Source: an uncultured Acidobacteriota bacterium (GTDB taxonomy: Bacteria; Acidobacteriota; Vicinamibacteria; Vicinamibacterales; UBA8438). Taken from it: a stretch of DNA of 64,000 nt. This document shows, one piece after another, positions 9,034-20,033 of the stretch; within the stretch, counting starts at the first letter, position 1, and every line of letters starts with the position of its first letter. Made by a program: the position numbers and the translations under genes. The stretch is taken from positions 1-64,000 of the forward strand of contig CAJWLU010000008.1 of NCBI GenBank assembly GCA_913043225.1, read 5' to 3'. Below the pieces are notes generated by a model that searched no databases, had not been told where the DNA came from, and saw only the letters and a program-made list of their open reading frames with translations.

Positions 9034-11826
9034 TCAGAAACGGAATAGACGGTTAAACTTCACGACGAATGCGCGGTTTTCGAGCTGAGGAAAACTGGGC
9101 ACCAGAGTGTCCCGCAGGTCGGTGTATACGACGAACAGCTCGCTGCCCGGCTGATACTCCCACCGTAGCCGAATATTGGTCGAGAGTGACTCGGCCGCCG
9201 AGTTGTACTGTACGAGCGCGCCGATAAAGGCACGCGGGGTAATCGTGAACGAGCTTCTGGCGTTGACCAACGTGGTCGTGAAGCGGCCCCACGATCCCTC
9301 TACGCGGTTGACCGACACTGCCGGTTCGATCGAAAACCGCGAGGACAGATCGACCCGGCCCCGGCTGATCTCTACCGTTGTTTTGTCTCCACCAAAGAAC
9401 CCACCGTGCGACACCGACACTCCGCCTGACAGTCGCCGTTGATTGCCAAATATGTAGGTCGCTCTTGTGTCTACAAAGTTATAGCCATCAACCGGGATAA
9501 CGACGCCAGACGCGACCTCAAATGGCGCCGGAAGAAACTCGAAGTTGTCCGATGCCTCCACCAGGAACTGGTCGCTATTCTCCAGTTCTACGCTGAAGGT
9601 ACCTGAGGCAATCCTAGTTTCGAGCCGTCCGGCTCCGCTGGTGATGTAGTCGAGGTTGGCCTCCCATGACAGCTTCCGGATAGCGGCGATGCCAGCCGGC
9701 CTCGGGCTGAAGCGAGCTGACGCGAAGCTGCGCTGGAAGTTCGTCCGACGGAGGAACCCGACCTCCGGGTTGAAGTCTTCGCCTACCACGAGTCGCTCGA
9801 GTTGCAGCCCGTAGCGGTCTGCGTTGTAGTCGAACTGCCCTCGATAGCTCAGTGCCTCTTCGCCGAGTCCAGGGGTCTCGGTGCGGGCTAGGTAGCTGTT
9901 AATCCGTAGGTTGTCATAGAACGCGAACGTGCCGTCAACGCCGTAGGTGCGGTTTGCTCCGTCGCCGACCACCGACACCGACCGATGGGTGGCGAGCGCG
10001 CCAATACTGCTGCGCCGCAGGATGTCGCGCCTCAGCCGGACTACTGCAAAGTTGGTTGCGCTGGAGCCTGACCTGGCGTCGTCGGCGGTCCTGATATCGA
10101 GGAGTCCGACGCTGTAGGGGCCGACCTTGCCGGTCAGGCGTCCGCCGGCGTCGATCGGGACCGGTAGTCCGCCGGCGATGCCAATGCGCCGGCTAAAAAA
10201 GAGGATCGGTGTGTTGTTGCCACCCCCGCCAGAGCCTCCGACCCGAAGGCCGGAACCGCCGCCGCCGAATACTCGACCGCCGCCGAAGTCGAAGATACCC
10301 TGGCCTTCCAGAAAGAACTCTCGCTTCTCCGGGAAGAACAGGCTAAATCGAGTCAAGTTGACCTGTTGCTCGTCCACCTCGACCTGGGCGAAGTCAGTGT
10401 TGTAGGTGAAATCGGCGGTCAGGCCCTCGGTAACCGCATATTTCAGGTCGAACCCCGCGTTGCCGTCCAGAGCGTTGGCGGTGGGCGGAGTGGCGAGCCG
10501 GTCCGTCGTCAGATCGGCGATGACGTACGGTTTAATCTCGATGTTGCCGGTGCTAGCGGGCGCTTCGACGCCGACCATCGCGCCCGCGACCGCCAACTCC
10601 ATGATGCCGCGCATCCCGTAGGCGGCTGGCACTGCGGTGAGATAGGAGACTTCGTTCTTCCACCGCACGATCCGACGGAGGTGGATGCCCCAGGTCTGAA
10701 CCGAGCCCGGGCTAAACCGGATGGTCTTGAACGGAATAGCGATCTCCACGGTCCAGCCGTTCTCGAACCGTTGCGTGCTGGTTTCCCACACCCCATTCCA
10801 GTCACGGTTCATGTTGCCGGCGGTAATGATGCCGTCGAACAAGCCCCCGAGCGGATTGGTGTGGAACATATAGGCGTTCCGTTTGTCGTAGAACGTATCT
10901 AGCGCCACCGCGAAGTTCTCGTTCTGGAAGATCCCAAGATTGTCCCGGCGCATCTCATTGGCCACCATCCGCTCCGGCTGTGAGTCCCAGCACCGGGCCG
11001 CGATGTAGATGGTGTCGTCCGTAAAGAAGACCCATGTGTCGGTTCGTTCTGTCGCTGGCGCTCCCTCGTCTGGCACCTGTTGGATGAACCCGCCGATGGC
11101 CGGGACGGTGTCGTAGACAGCCTCGTCGAGATGGCCATCGATACTCAACGGTCCGTCTAACCGAATTGCCCGGATCGTCGCTTGTCCCCGGTCGTCTCTC
11201 GCAATTACCTCTGGTGCTGCCGGCGGGGGAGGTCCGTCGAGAGTGGCCGTGGAATCGATGGTGGCCCCGCCTGTGCCAGAGGCTCGACGTGTTGGCACGA
11301 CTGGGGGTGAGCGTGGGACAGCCGCGTTCGAAGTAGTGCCTGGCAACGATGGCGGTTGGAGTACGGCCTGGGATAGGCCAGCGGCGTCAGATATCGCCGC
11401 GCGGAGTTGCCCAGCTAGCGCATCCTGGAGCGAGAACAGGTCTTCCATCTGGCCGTCGACCAGCGCTGCTTGGAGAACGCGTCTCGAGGGGACATCAGTC
11501 AGTAGGGCGGTGAGCCGGAGTCGATCACCGATGCGTTCGAATGTACCCTCGATAACCCGCGCACGCCCCAGACGTTCCGCCTCTGCCACCGATTCGACGG
11601 TGATGCCGTTGCCGAGTGTCGCAGCGAGCGATTCCGCAGTTCCGAGGCCAACCCACGCGTCTGTCGCTTCGCCGGTGACATTGGTGAACCGGACAACGGC
11701 GAGTGACGGTGTCACCCCCTCGTCGTCTTGCTGAGCCAAAGACGGGACGGGGACAACAGTGATGACGAGAGCAGCCAGGATGATTCGCGGCGCGAGGCAG
11801 GTGTAGAAGCGGGACAAACACGGCAT
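9034..11826 (-). CDS. DUF5916/CBM9-like outer-membrane protein with N-terminal TolB_N-like domain
   Basis: Signal peptide; IDGHLDE..FIQQVP; NTDFAQVEVD..NLTRFSLFFPEKREFFLE; ends KFNRLFRF. Confidence 0.85.
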   Translation of the reverse strand: MPCLSRFYTCLAPRIILAALVITVVPVPSLAQQDDEGVTPSLAVVRFTNVTGEATDAWVGLGTAESLAATLGNGITVESVAEAERLGRARVIEGTFERIGDRLRLTALLTDVPSRRVLQAALVDGQMEDLFSLQDALAGQLRAAISDAAGLSQAVLQPPSLPGTTSNAAVPRSPPVVPTRRASGTGGATIDSTATLDGPPPPAAPEVIARDDRGQATIRAIRLDGPLSIDGHLDEAVYDTVPAIGGFIQQVPDEGAPATERTDTWVFFTDDTIYIAARCWDSQPERMVANEMRRDNLGIFQNENFAVALDTFYDKRNAYMFHTNPLGGLFDGIITAGNMNRDWNGVWETSTQRFENGWTVEIAIPFKTIRFSPGSVQTWGIHLRRIVRWKNEVSYLTAVPAAYGMRGIMELAVAGAMVGVEAPASTGNIEIKPYVIADLTTDRLATPPTANALDGNAGFDLKYAVTEGLTADFTYNTDFAQVEVDEQQVNLTRFSLFFPEKREFFLEGQGIFDFGGGRVFGGGGSGLRVGGSGGGGNNTPILFFSRRIGIAGGLPVPIDAGGRLTGKVGPYSVGLLDIRTADDARSGSSATNFAVVRLRRDILRRSSIGALATHRSVSVVGDGANRTYGVDGTFAFYDNLRINSYLARTETPGLGEEALSYRGQFDYNADRYGLQLERLVVGEDFNPEVGFLRRTNFQRSFASARFSPRPAGIAAIRKLSWEANLDYITSGAGRLETRIASGTFSVELENSDQFLVEASDNFEFLPAPFEVASGVVIPVDGYNFVDTRATYIFGNQRRLSGGVSVSHGGFFGGDKTTVEISRGRVDLSSRFSIEPAVSVNRVEGSWGRFTTTLVNARSSFTITPRAFIGALVQYNSAAESLSTNIRLRWEYQPGSELFVVYTDLRDTLVPSFPQLENRAFVVKFNRLFRF

Positions 11827-12314
11827 AGTGGCAGCTATCGTTCCCCTTCGACCAGCACAAACACGACGATGTGCTCGGTACACAGGACCACGTAGGCTTG
11901 GAAGTGGGCCAACCACTCCCCGATCTTCGCGACGACCTCAAAGAGGAAGACACGGCGCCGAGTATTCTGGGGTAGAGCCATGGTTTCGCGGAAATCGTTC
12001 GGTCGTCACACTACGGCGTTCCGCGAGACTGGGACGAGTATGCGACGAAATATATGGATGTCGCCAGGTACTCCAGCGGGAGCCGAAAAATAGTTCGGAC
12101 AGGAAACGCAAGATTCATGTAGTGGAAGCTTCGACGGGACGAGCTTTGTCGGGCATGCTACTTCTTTCCGTTCGACAATGAGTCCGCTGGTCTCAGGTTC
12201 GCCGAGGCAGCAGTCCGATGGAGCGGTGGTCTGCTCGACACTTGAAATTGGGGACGGTGCACCAGAGGCAAGGGCTCGCTCCTCGTGTGTATCGGCGTTC
12301 CGTATAGTCGGCGC

Positions 12315-13562
12315 ATGCGTATTTGGCGTATCTGGTGTGTCGGGCTGGCGGTCGTTGGTGGCGTGTTGGTGGCGTCGGGCGCCCTGTTGGCGCAAGAACC
12401 TGACGGCGACTGGCCCCAGTGGCGCGGGCCCGATCGCAACGGTACGCTTCGCTTGTTCACTCCACCGAACCCTTGGCCCGAACGGCTGACCGAACGCTGG
12501 CAGGTAGAGGTCGGTGAGGGCCACGCGACCCCGGTGCTGGTGGGCAGTCGCATCTACACGTTCAGCCGCGTTGGGGAGGACGAGGTGATGCAGTCCCTTG
12601 ACGCTGCGAGCGGCGACGTGATCTGGCGCACGAGCTACCCGGCGCCGTTCTCCTTCGATTCGAGTGCCGATCCACACGGTCCTGGACCGAAGGCGACACC
12701 GACGTTCTCGGCCGGACGCCTCTATGCTCTTGGGATCGGGGGTGTTTTGTCAGCGTTCGACGCTGGGGATGGCGAGATCCTCTGGCAGACACCCGCTCCA
12801 TCGGTCGGCCCACTTTTTGGTACCGCCGCGTCGCCGCTCGTGGACGGCAACCTGGTCATCACCCATGTGGGTGGGCACGATGACGGCGCGTTGACCGCGT
12901 TCGATGTTTCGACCGGCGCGGTGCGGTGGGCGTGGCCTGGCGACGGGCCTGGCTACTCGTCTCCCATCCTGATTGAGTTGGACGGCACGCGCCAGGTCAT
13001 CACGCAAAGCCAGAACCACGTCGTGTCGGTGGATGCGGCGACCGGAGCGCTACTCTGGCAGCGACCGTTCCTAACACCCTACGCGCAGAATTCGATCGAC
13101 GCGGTCGTCGTCGACGACCAGGTCATCATTGCTGGCACTCAGATGCCTACGGCGGCGTTTCGCCCGCTCCGCGTTGGCAACGCTTGGGCGCTTGAGGATG
13201 TCTGGGAGAGTGGCGAAGCGACGTTTTACATGAGTAACGCACTGCTGGTCGATCGGTTGCTCTTCGGACTATCCGAGCGGAACAGTGGGCAATACGCGCT
13301 GCTCGACACGACGTCTGGCGACACCATCTGGACCGGTGCGGGACGGCAGGCCGAGAGCGCCGCCCTCGTCAGGGCCGGCCAGACGGTGTTCTCACTCGAG
13401 GTCGACGGGGAGCTGGTTGTCGGCGAAGTGACCGCAACCGCGTTCGAGGAGATCAGTCGCTACGAGGTGGCCGACAGCCCCACCTGGGCGCAGCCCACCA
13501 TTTCAGGTAACCGTGTGTTCATTAAGGATCTGGATACGCTGACGCTCTGGACGTTCGATTAG
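12315..13562 (+). CDS. PQQ-like beta-propeller repeat protein (BamB-like fold), secreted
   Basis: Signal peptide, DWPQWRGPDRNG, repeated A(F/L)DxxxG..W, GYSSP, TWAQP. Confidence 0.88.
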   Translation: MRIWRIWCVGLAVVGGVLVASGALLAQEPDGDWPQWRGPDRNGTLRLFTPPNPWPERLTERWQVEVGEGHATPVLVGSRIYTFSRVGEDEVMQSLDAASGDVIWRTSYPAPFSFDSSADPHGPGPKATPTFSAGRLYALGIGGVLSAFDAGDGEILWQTPAPSVGPLFGTAASPLVDGNLVITHVGGHDDGALTAFDVSTGAVRWAWPGDGPGYSSPILIELDGTRQVITQSQNHVVSVDAATGALLWQRPFLTPYAQNSIDAVVVDDQVIIAGTQMPTAAFRPLRVGNAWALEDVWESGEATFYMSNALLVDRLLFGLSERNSGQYALLDTTSGDTIWTGAGRQAESAALVRAGQTVFSLEVDGELVVGEVTATAFEEISRYEVADSPTWAQPTISGNRVFIKDLDTLTLWTFD

Positions 13563-13576
13563 CCTCGCTGCTGCCT

Positions 13577-16441
13577 CTACCTCGACAGCAGATACGTCAT
13601 CTTGATCGCAAGCTGCCGGTTCTGCACCCAGGGGACCCGGCCCCGGTTTCTCAGCAGTGGGTCGAACAGCAGCATGTCGTCCGCCCGCATCTCGTCGTAG
13701 GCGATGTAGATGTCGCTGCCCGGTCGGTAGATCCAGTTGAACCGGACGCTGGTGCTGATCGCGTCGGTGGTGGAGTTGTACTGAGTCAGTGTACGCAGCG
13801 TCATCTCTGGCGAGAGAGCGAGGTCGAAGGTCATCGACGCGAGGTCGGCGATGAACGCCCCGCCCGGCAGGGTGACGTCGCTCCGGCTGAACCGTCCTTC
13901 GGCCGCGATCGAGTCGGTGATCCGCACACCCGCGCTCGCGCTGTAGTCGGTACGGTCGCCATCGAAGAAGGTCTGCGGGGCGTAGGACGCCCGACCGAAG
14001 ATGCGCTTCGAGGGGTCGCTCGTGTACATGAACCGCCACTCACCGAAGCGGTAGGTGCCGGCCGGAATCGTGACGTCGGATCTGACGGGGAACGGAATGT
14101 CGAGTTGCTCGAAGTGGTCGTTGTACCACCAGATGAACCGCGACCCGTCCTCGAAGTAGGTCCCGATCATGTGGTGGATCCGGCGCGTCAGCAGCCGGTT
14201 GTTCTGGTCGGTGGTGTAGGTCACGTTCCACATCGGGTCGAACTGCCGGATGCCCCAGCGACCCGGCCGCGGATCCCATTCGAGATGCGCTCTCGAGATC
14301 CGGATGCCGGTGCGCGGGACGAAGCCCACCTCGGCGTTGAAGTTGTCCTGGATGTCGGTGTACTCGGCCTCAAGACGATAGGACGGATTCAGCCAGACGG
14401 CACTCAGGTTTCCGGCCATGTCGTCCGTCGACACCTCTGGGGTCTCGGTCTTGGCGAGAAACGCGTTGATGACGAAGTTCTGGTGTGGCGCCAGCGTAGT
14501 GTCGACTGCCAGCGTCCGGTTGTAGTGGTCGCCACCGATCGCTTCCTTATTGATGACTAGGCCGCCCACCCGTGAGCGGGCCAGGATGTCGCGGCTGTAG
14601 CGGCCCACGAAGAAGTTCTCGCCGAGCTGCCCCAGTGCCTCCTGGGTCTGGATGTTCATCACGGCGATGTTGTGTCGATCGACCTTGCCGGTCAGACGAC
14701 CGCCGCCGATGATGGGGACTGGCTGGCCCGCATCCGACAGTCCGATCCGCCGCGTGAAGAACAGGTCGGCCGTGCGTTGCCACCCCTGCGTGCCGACTCC
14801 GAACATGCCCGAGTTCTCGAGGAAGAAGTCTCGCTTCTCCGGGAAGAAAAGTGGGAACCGGGTTAGGTTCACCTGCTGGTCGTCCACCTCGACCTGCGCG
14901 AAGTCGGTGTTCAGGGTGACGTCGAGGTTCAGTCCGGACGTGACCCCGTACTTCACGTCGAGCCCGATGTCGTTGAATCCGGAGTCGGCGAACGCGCTCG
15001 ACACCGTCCGGTCCTGACGCCCTCCGGCCAGCACGTACGGCGTCACCCTCAGGTCCATGCCGCGGTCCACGCCACCAAGCCCCACCATGGTGCCGGCCAG
15101 GCTGACCCGGGTCAGCCGGTAGGCCTTTGGGATCGGCGCCCAGAAGACCTGTTCGTTCTTGCGTCGGATGTTCCGCATGAAATTGATGCCCCACATCTGC
15201 CGGTCGGTCTCCGGAAAACGGAGCGTCACCATCGGGATGGCGATCTCGGCCACCCACCCCTCAGGCGTGATGCTGGTGGCCACATCCCACACACCGTCCC
15301 AGTTCACGTTGATGTTCGAGCTATTGCCTCCGAATCCGCCCTCGCCCTCTGCCGCCACCTGCTGTTCGAGCTTCGCCCCGAGCGGGTTGGTCACAAACAT
15401 GTAGCCCGATCGGCGGTCGTGGAAGGTGTCGAGAATGACCTGGAAGTTATCTTCGTCGAGCAGCCGACGTGAGTCGCGCCGTTTCTCCGTCGCCACGACG
15501 CCCCCAGGGTGCCTGTCGTAGGCTTCGACGCCGATGTAGAGGGCGCTCGAGTTGTAGATCAGGCGCACCACTGTGCGCTCGGTCGCCGGGGCACCCTCCG
15601 CAGGCTCCTGTTGGACGAAGTCGTCGATGATGGCTGCTTGTAGCCAGACCTCGTCGTTGAGGCTGCCGTCGAGCCGCGGGGCGGTGTCGACGCGGGTCGG
15701 TTCTACCCGGTAGCGCTCACCGGGGGGCAGCTCGGCAGTCAGTGGTTCCGCGTCGTTGGCCGCTGGGGCGGTGTTCTCCTGGCCGCCCAAGTCGAGCGTG
15801 CCGCCAACCCCGGCTCCGGAACCGACGACGGCGGTCCTAGACCTGTTGAGCGCTCTCTCGCCCGTCGAGACGTCGAGACCCGCCCGGCGGCCTGATGTCG
15901 CTTCGGTCGCTGGCGACGTGCTGTCCGCCCGTAGGTCGGCCGCCAGTGCCCGCGCGACTCGGTCCTGCAGGTCGAAGATCTCGTCCAGTGTGCCATTCGC
16001 CGTCACTGTCCCGGAGGGCCTTGCACTCTCCGCGTCGATCAAGCGCGCAGAGATGCGCAGCATGCCCGCACGCTGCTGGTAGGTGCCCATAACCACCCAG
16101 CGCGCGTCTAGTTCGCGCCCCAGCGCCGCGGCGTCGGCGTCGTCGAGCGCGCTCTCGCCACTCTCGAGCATGGTCGCGCGCGTGGTCTCCTGCGCAACCA
16201 CCTGGAAGGTTCCCAGCGATTCCAGATCGGTCGTAATCGTTTCGACGAGGCCGGCCCCGATCCACTCGTGCTCCGGTTCGCCGCTGCTGTTAGCAAACGT
16301 CAGTATGACGATACGCTCGCTTGGCGGAGGTGCCAGTTCCGGCGCGGGCTGGGCCGAGACGACGACGTGCGGGACGCCAGACGAGGCGCCTGCCACTAGC
16401 ATGCCCAGGCGGGCGAGACGCGAAAGGAACCCGGGTGTCAT
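13577..16441 (-). CDS. DUF5916/CBM9-like protein with N-terminal TolB_N-like domain (paralog 2)
   Basis: FANSSGEPEHEWIGAGLVETI; LDGSLNDEVW; NTDFAQVEVD..NLTRFPLFFPEKRDFFLE; start approximate. Confidence 0.85.
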   Translation of the reverse strand: MTPGFLSRLARLGMLVAGASSGVPHVVVSAQPAPELAPPPSERIVILTFANSSGEPEHEWIGAGLVETITTDLESLGTFQVVAQETTRATMLESGESALDDADAAALGRELDARWVVMGTYQQRAGMLRISARLIDAESARPSGTVTANGTLDEIFDLQDRVARALAADLRADSTSPATEATSGRRAGLDVSTGERALNRSRTAVVGSGAGVGGTLDLGGQENTAPAANDAEPLTAELPPGERYRVEPTRVDTAPRLDGSLNDEVWLQAAIIDDFVQQEPAEGAPATERTVVRLIYNSSALYIGVEAYDRHPGGVVATEKRRDSRRLLDEDNFQVILDTFHDRRSGYMFVTNPLGAKLEQQVAAEGEGGFGGNSSNINVNWDGVWDVATSITPEGWVAEIAIPMVTLRFPETDRQMWGINFMRNIRRKNEQVFWAPIPKAYRLTRVSLAGTMVGLGGVDRGMDLRVTPYVLAGGRQDRTVSSAFADSGFNDIGLDVKYGVTSGLNLDVTLNTDFAQVEVDDQQVNLTRFPLFFPEKRDFFLENSGMFGVGTQGWQRTADLFFTRRIGLSDAGQPVPIIGGGRLTGKVDRHNIAVMNIQTQEALGQLGENFFVGRYSRDILARSRVGGLVINKEAIGGDHYNRTLAVDTTLAPHQNFVINAFLAKTETPEVSTDDMAGNLSAVWLNPSYRLEAEYTDIQDNFNAEVGFVPRTGIRISRAHLEWDPRPGRWGIRQFDPMWNVTYTTDQNNRLLTRRIHHMIGTYFEDGSRFIWWYNDHFEQLDIPFPVRSDVTIPAGTYRFGEWRFMYTSDPSKRIFGRASYAPQTFFDGDRTDYSASAGVRITDSIAAEGRFSRSDVTLPGGAFIADLASMTFDLALSPEMTLRTLTQYNSTTDAISTSVRFNWIYRPGSDIYIAYDEMRADDMLLFDPLLRNRGRVPWVQNRQLAIKMTYLLSR

Positions 16442-16478
16442 AGAAACAAGATACTCCGCTGCGCCATAATTTGGCGCC

Positions 16479-17681
16479 ATGGACAGACGATCATTCTTGA
16501 GGCTTGCAGCGGCCAGTCCCGTGCTCGCGACTCCCGTCCGGGCGCGCTCTGTCGGTCCTCTGGAAGTTGCCCCGAGCGCGCCCACCGGCGCACAGCCGTT
16601 GGCGTTACCTAACGGCTTCACCTTCTATTCTCCGCTGGCCGAAGACTGGTATCGCAACGGCGCCTACTTCGAGTGGACTTCGACCACCCGGAACAACGAG
16701 GGGCGTCAGGTGCAGGTGTTCTACCGTACCTTTGGCGACCGTTCGAACCCCGCGCTCGTGATCCTGCACGGCTATCCCACCTCTAGCTTTGACTTCCGGG
16801 AGATGATTGCCTCCCTCGAAAAAGACTACTTCATCGCCACGCTCGACTTTCCCGGATTCGGTTTTTCTGACAAGCCACAAGACGGCTACTCGTACATGCT
16901 GGCGGACGACGCCCAACTCGTCGATTACTTCGTGCGGGAGATCGTGAGGCTGCCTAGCTTCCATTTGCTGACTCACGACCGGGGCGGCAGCGTCGGGTTC
17001 GCATTCCTGGGCAATTACCTGCGTGAAGAGAAGCCCTACGAGATCACGTATCACTTCATCTCGAACGGCGGACTTTTCCTGCCGTTGACCAACCTGGGAC
17101 AGGGACGGTTTTGGCAGCACGCCGAGCGCCGGCAGGGTCTCGGTCACCAGCTGGGACCGGAGCCGCCGCCCCGGCCGAACCGGCCGCGCGTGACGGAAGG
17201 CAGACCGCGGCAGGTGGCCAACGCCGACATTCAGGCGTTCAACGATGGCGTGGGAGCGCGGTTCTTCGTCGGGAAGTATCTGCTCGAACGGGCCGCTAAC
17301 GAGTATCACTGGCTGGACAACCTGCGTGAAAGCCCGGTACCGACCGCGCTGATCTGGGGGCTGCTCGACACGCCGAACCCGCCGCGCATCGGCAACCACA
17401 TCTGGCACACCTATCTCGACAAGCGGCCGGTCGAGAGCAGCTACTGGCTGCTGCCCACGGCCGGCCACTACCCGCAGTGGGACGTGCCGGAAGAGATGGC
17501 AGGTATCGTCCGGACTTGTCTGGAAACGGGGATCCCCGCGCCGGAGCGCGAGGACGTCTTCATGCGCACGCTGGCGCAGAACCGCACTGCGACCTCACCG
17601 GTCTACATGGGACGCTCGATCGTCGAGAACGTTTTCTTCCCTGGGGCAGTGGCGTATTCGCCAGACGGCTACAGTTTCTGA
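16479..17681 (+). CDS. Tat-exported alpha/beta hydrolase (MEST/epoxide-hydrolase-like)
   Basis: MDRRSFL Tat signal; LHGYPTSSFDF, DFPGFGFSDKP, HDRG nucleophile, GHYPQ. Confidence 0.85.
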   Translation: MDRRSFLRLAAASPVLATPVRARSVGPLEVAPSAPTGAQPLALPNGFTFYSPLAEDWYRNGAYFEWTSTTRNNEGRQVQVFYRTFGDRSNPALVILHGYPTSSFDFREMIASLEKDYFIATLDFPGFGFSDKPQDGYSYMLADDAQLVDYFVREIVRLPSFHLLTHDRGGSVGFAFLGNYLREEKPYEITYHFISNGGLFLPLTNLGQGRFWQHAERRQGLGHQLGPEPPPRPNRPRVTEGRPRQVANADIQAFNDGVGARFFVGKYLLERAANEYHWLDNLRESPVPTALIWGLLDTPNPPRIGNHIWHTYLDKRPVESSYWLLPTAGHYPQWDVPEEMAGIVRTCLETGIPAPEREDVFMRTLAQNRTATSPVYMGRSIVENVFFPGAVAYSPDGYSF

Positions 17682-17888
17682 GGAGTCTGGGCGGGACGGT
17701 CCTCGGTGAGCGCATCTAGAACCGCCCGGTCGCCCCTCGCTCGTCGTCCAGAACCCCTCGGCCAAGCTCAAATAGGCATCGAGCACCAGCAGAGGATCTG
17801 TGATGGAGCTGCCCTCCTGGCAGCAGAGAGTGGAAGTACACAGGGCGACGCGGTCGATCGCTGGTCGACGTGTCATACTTTTAGACAG

Positions 17889-19826
17889 ATGTTCAGGAAC
17901 GCTCGGATCGCTCTTGTTTCCATTTTTGTGGTCGTTTTGAGCGCTGGTGCCTTAGCGCAGCAGCGTCCAACTTTCCGCAGTGGCGTCGACCTTATCCAGG
18001 TGGATGTCACCGTCGTCGACGAGGACAGCTATCCGGTTACGGATCTGGCGGCTTCGGATTTCACGGTCACCGTCGACGGCGAGGCCCGTCCTGTAGTCCA
18101 GGCGCAGTTCATTCCGCTACGGTCACAGCCGGGTGACGGGCAGGTGGAGTTGCAGGGTGCTGAGGACTTGGTCCTCACATCGAATACGGAGCATGTGCCC
18201 GGTCGGTTGGTCGTGATTGCCGTCGACGAAGAGAGCATTTACTTTGGCGAGGGGCGGCACGTTATGCGTGCCGCGGCGGAGTTCGTCGACAGTCTGGGTC
18301 GAGCCGACCGGGTTGGCCTTGCCGTGATCCCGTACGGGCTTCATATTGACTTCACGTCTGACCATGACCGCGTCCGTCGCGCACTCGCGGGCCTGTCAGG
18401 GCTTGGCACGCGTCGACGGGATGTGGACATCGGGCTCGGTGAGGCCTTCCGGATCGCCCAGTTCGGGGATCGGGGTACGGAGATCCTCGTGGCCAGACGT
18501 CTTTGTGGGGACGAGGCCGAGAACGACCAGGGATGTTTGTCGACTATCCGAAATCGTAGCCGCCGGATCGTGCAGGAGACGCAGAACGACAGCGTCAACG
18601 CGCGTCGTGGGCTTGAGACGTTGCTCGAATCGATGGAGGAGCTTGAGGGGCCGAACACCCTGGTATGGATTTCAGGTGGCCTGATTATCGAAGACCAGTT
18701 TGCGCTGCGCGAGATCCAGCGGCGAGCCGCGGCGTCCCGCACATCGTTTTACTTGATGATGGTGGCCGAACCGCTCATCGACATGACTGCGGCGTCGTAT
18801 CAGGAGACAGCGCGTGATGATCGACGCCAAAAAGAGCAGGGTCTGCTGGAGCTTGCGGCGTTGACCGGCGCTCGGGTGATGCGGGCCCAGTACAACCCGA
18901 CTCCGTTGTTCGAGCAACTGGAGCGCGAGCTGTCCGGCTATTACCTGCTTGGTGTGCAGCTCGGTCCTACCGATCGGAATGTGGAGCGTCGTCCGATCAC
19001 CGTCTCGGTCGCGCGCGACGATGTGCGTGTGCGCGCTCGACAAGAGATCAGCTTCGCTGAGGACGAAGCCAGCCAGAGCGTCGACGAGCGCCTCGCTCGG
19101 ATGTTGCGGTCGCCTTTCTCGGTGCTGGAGCTTCCCATGCGGGTTGCGACCTATGTGCATCACGATGTCGAGACCGAGCGGATGCGAGTCTTGGTGGCCA
19201 CCGAGGTTGGCGGCGACGCCCTCGGTCCATTGACGTTCGGCGTCGTGCTGCGTGACTCAGACGGGAGGTCGGTTTGGACCGGACAGCAACAGGTTAACGT
19301 CCAGCCAACCTACACCGCGAATGGACCGGTCATGGAGACCTCGTTCCAGGTTAGTGTTCCCCCGGGGCAGTATGAGCTGCGGCTCGCGGTCGTCGACGAC
19401 ATTGGACAGCGGGGCAGCGTTGAGCATCCGATGCGCGCCGAAGTGCGTTCGACCGGCCCCCTCGCAGTGGGTGACCTCGTGGTAGCCGATCGGTCCGAGA
19501 CGGGGGCTACGGTCGAGGCGCCGGTTGAGGCACGCGTGTCTGGCGATCGCCTGTCGGCCTACACCGAGCTCTATGCGGATTCGCCGACCGTTTGGGATCA
19601 GACCGAGGTGCACATCGCCATCGCCGACCATGCCACGGGTCCCGTGCGCGCTGAGACGACGGTCACGTTCCAAGGGGTCGCCGAGACCTCTCGCCGTATC
19701 TTTCGATATGACGTCGATGTGGGCGATCTTCAGCCGGGTCGCTACGTGGCCCGGGCGCGTATCGTGCACGATTCCGGTGAAGTCGCTCGACTTCACCGCT
19801 CGTTCCAGATCATTGAGGCGCGGTAG
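17889..19826 (+). CDS. VWFA-related acidobacterial domain protein
   Basis: Signal peptide then PTFRSGVDLIQVDVTVVD..DFTVTVDG; LVWISGG; YYLLG. Confidence 0.85.
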   Translation: MFRNARIALVSIFVVVLSAGALAQQRPTFRSGVDLIQVDVTVVDEDSYPVTDLAASDFTVTVDGEARPVVQAQFIPLRSQPGDGQVELQGAEDLVLTSNTEHVPGRLVVIAVDEESIYFGEGRHVMRAAAEFVDSLGRADRVGLAVIPYGLHIDFTSDHDRVRRALAGLSGLGTRRRDVDIGLGEAFRIAQFGDRGTEILVARRLCGDEAENDQGCLSTIRNRSRRIVQETQNDSVNARRGLETLLESMEELEGPNTLVWISGGLIIEDQFALREIQRRAAASRTSFYLMMVAEPLIDMTAASYQETARDDRRQKEQGLLELAALTGARVMRAQYNPTPLFEQLERELSGYYLLGVQLGPTDRNVERRPITVSVARDDVRVRARQEISFAEDEASQSVDERLARMLRSPFSVLELPMRVATYVHHDVETERMRVLVATEVGGDALGPLTFGVVLRDSDGRSVWTGQQQVNVQPTYTANGPVMETSFQVSVPPGQYELRLAVVDDIGQRGSVEHPMRAEVRSTGPLAVGDLVVADRSETGATVEAPVEARVSGDRLSAYTELYADSPTVWDQTEVHIAIADHATGPVRAETTVTFQGVAETSRRIFRYDVDVGDLQPGRYVARARIVHDSGEVARLHRSFQIIEAR

Positions 19827-19837
19827 TTTGGCGCCGT

Positions 19838-20033
19838 CTAGTTCGGTAACTGCTGACGCAGGGGCGCCGTATCGGTTTGGTGCACGCTCTGGGACCGACG
19901 AGACGACATCTTCCTTCGGTGCGCCCGGGAGGGTAAAGCCGGAGTTCCACACCACGGCCGATCCGCTTCCTTCCTGACTGGCGCTGATCGTGACGTTGTT
20001 GTTGACGTGGCTCGTACCGGTGAGAGTCTGCAT
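19838..20033 (-). pseudogene. Possible truncated SRPBCC/polyketide-cyclase-like remnant
   Basis: Strong SD (AAGGAG) before ATG 20033; peptide ..VTISASQEGSGSAVVWNSGFTLPGAPKEDV resembles an SRPBCC C-terminal strand/helix; the frame then runs antisense into the VWA gene. Confidence 0.3.

Noticed and set aside
11827..12314. ~490-bp divergent intergenic region as an ncRNA or small gene
   Set aside because: No recognisable RNA motif or credible ORF; best treated as regulatory or unassigned.
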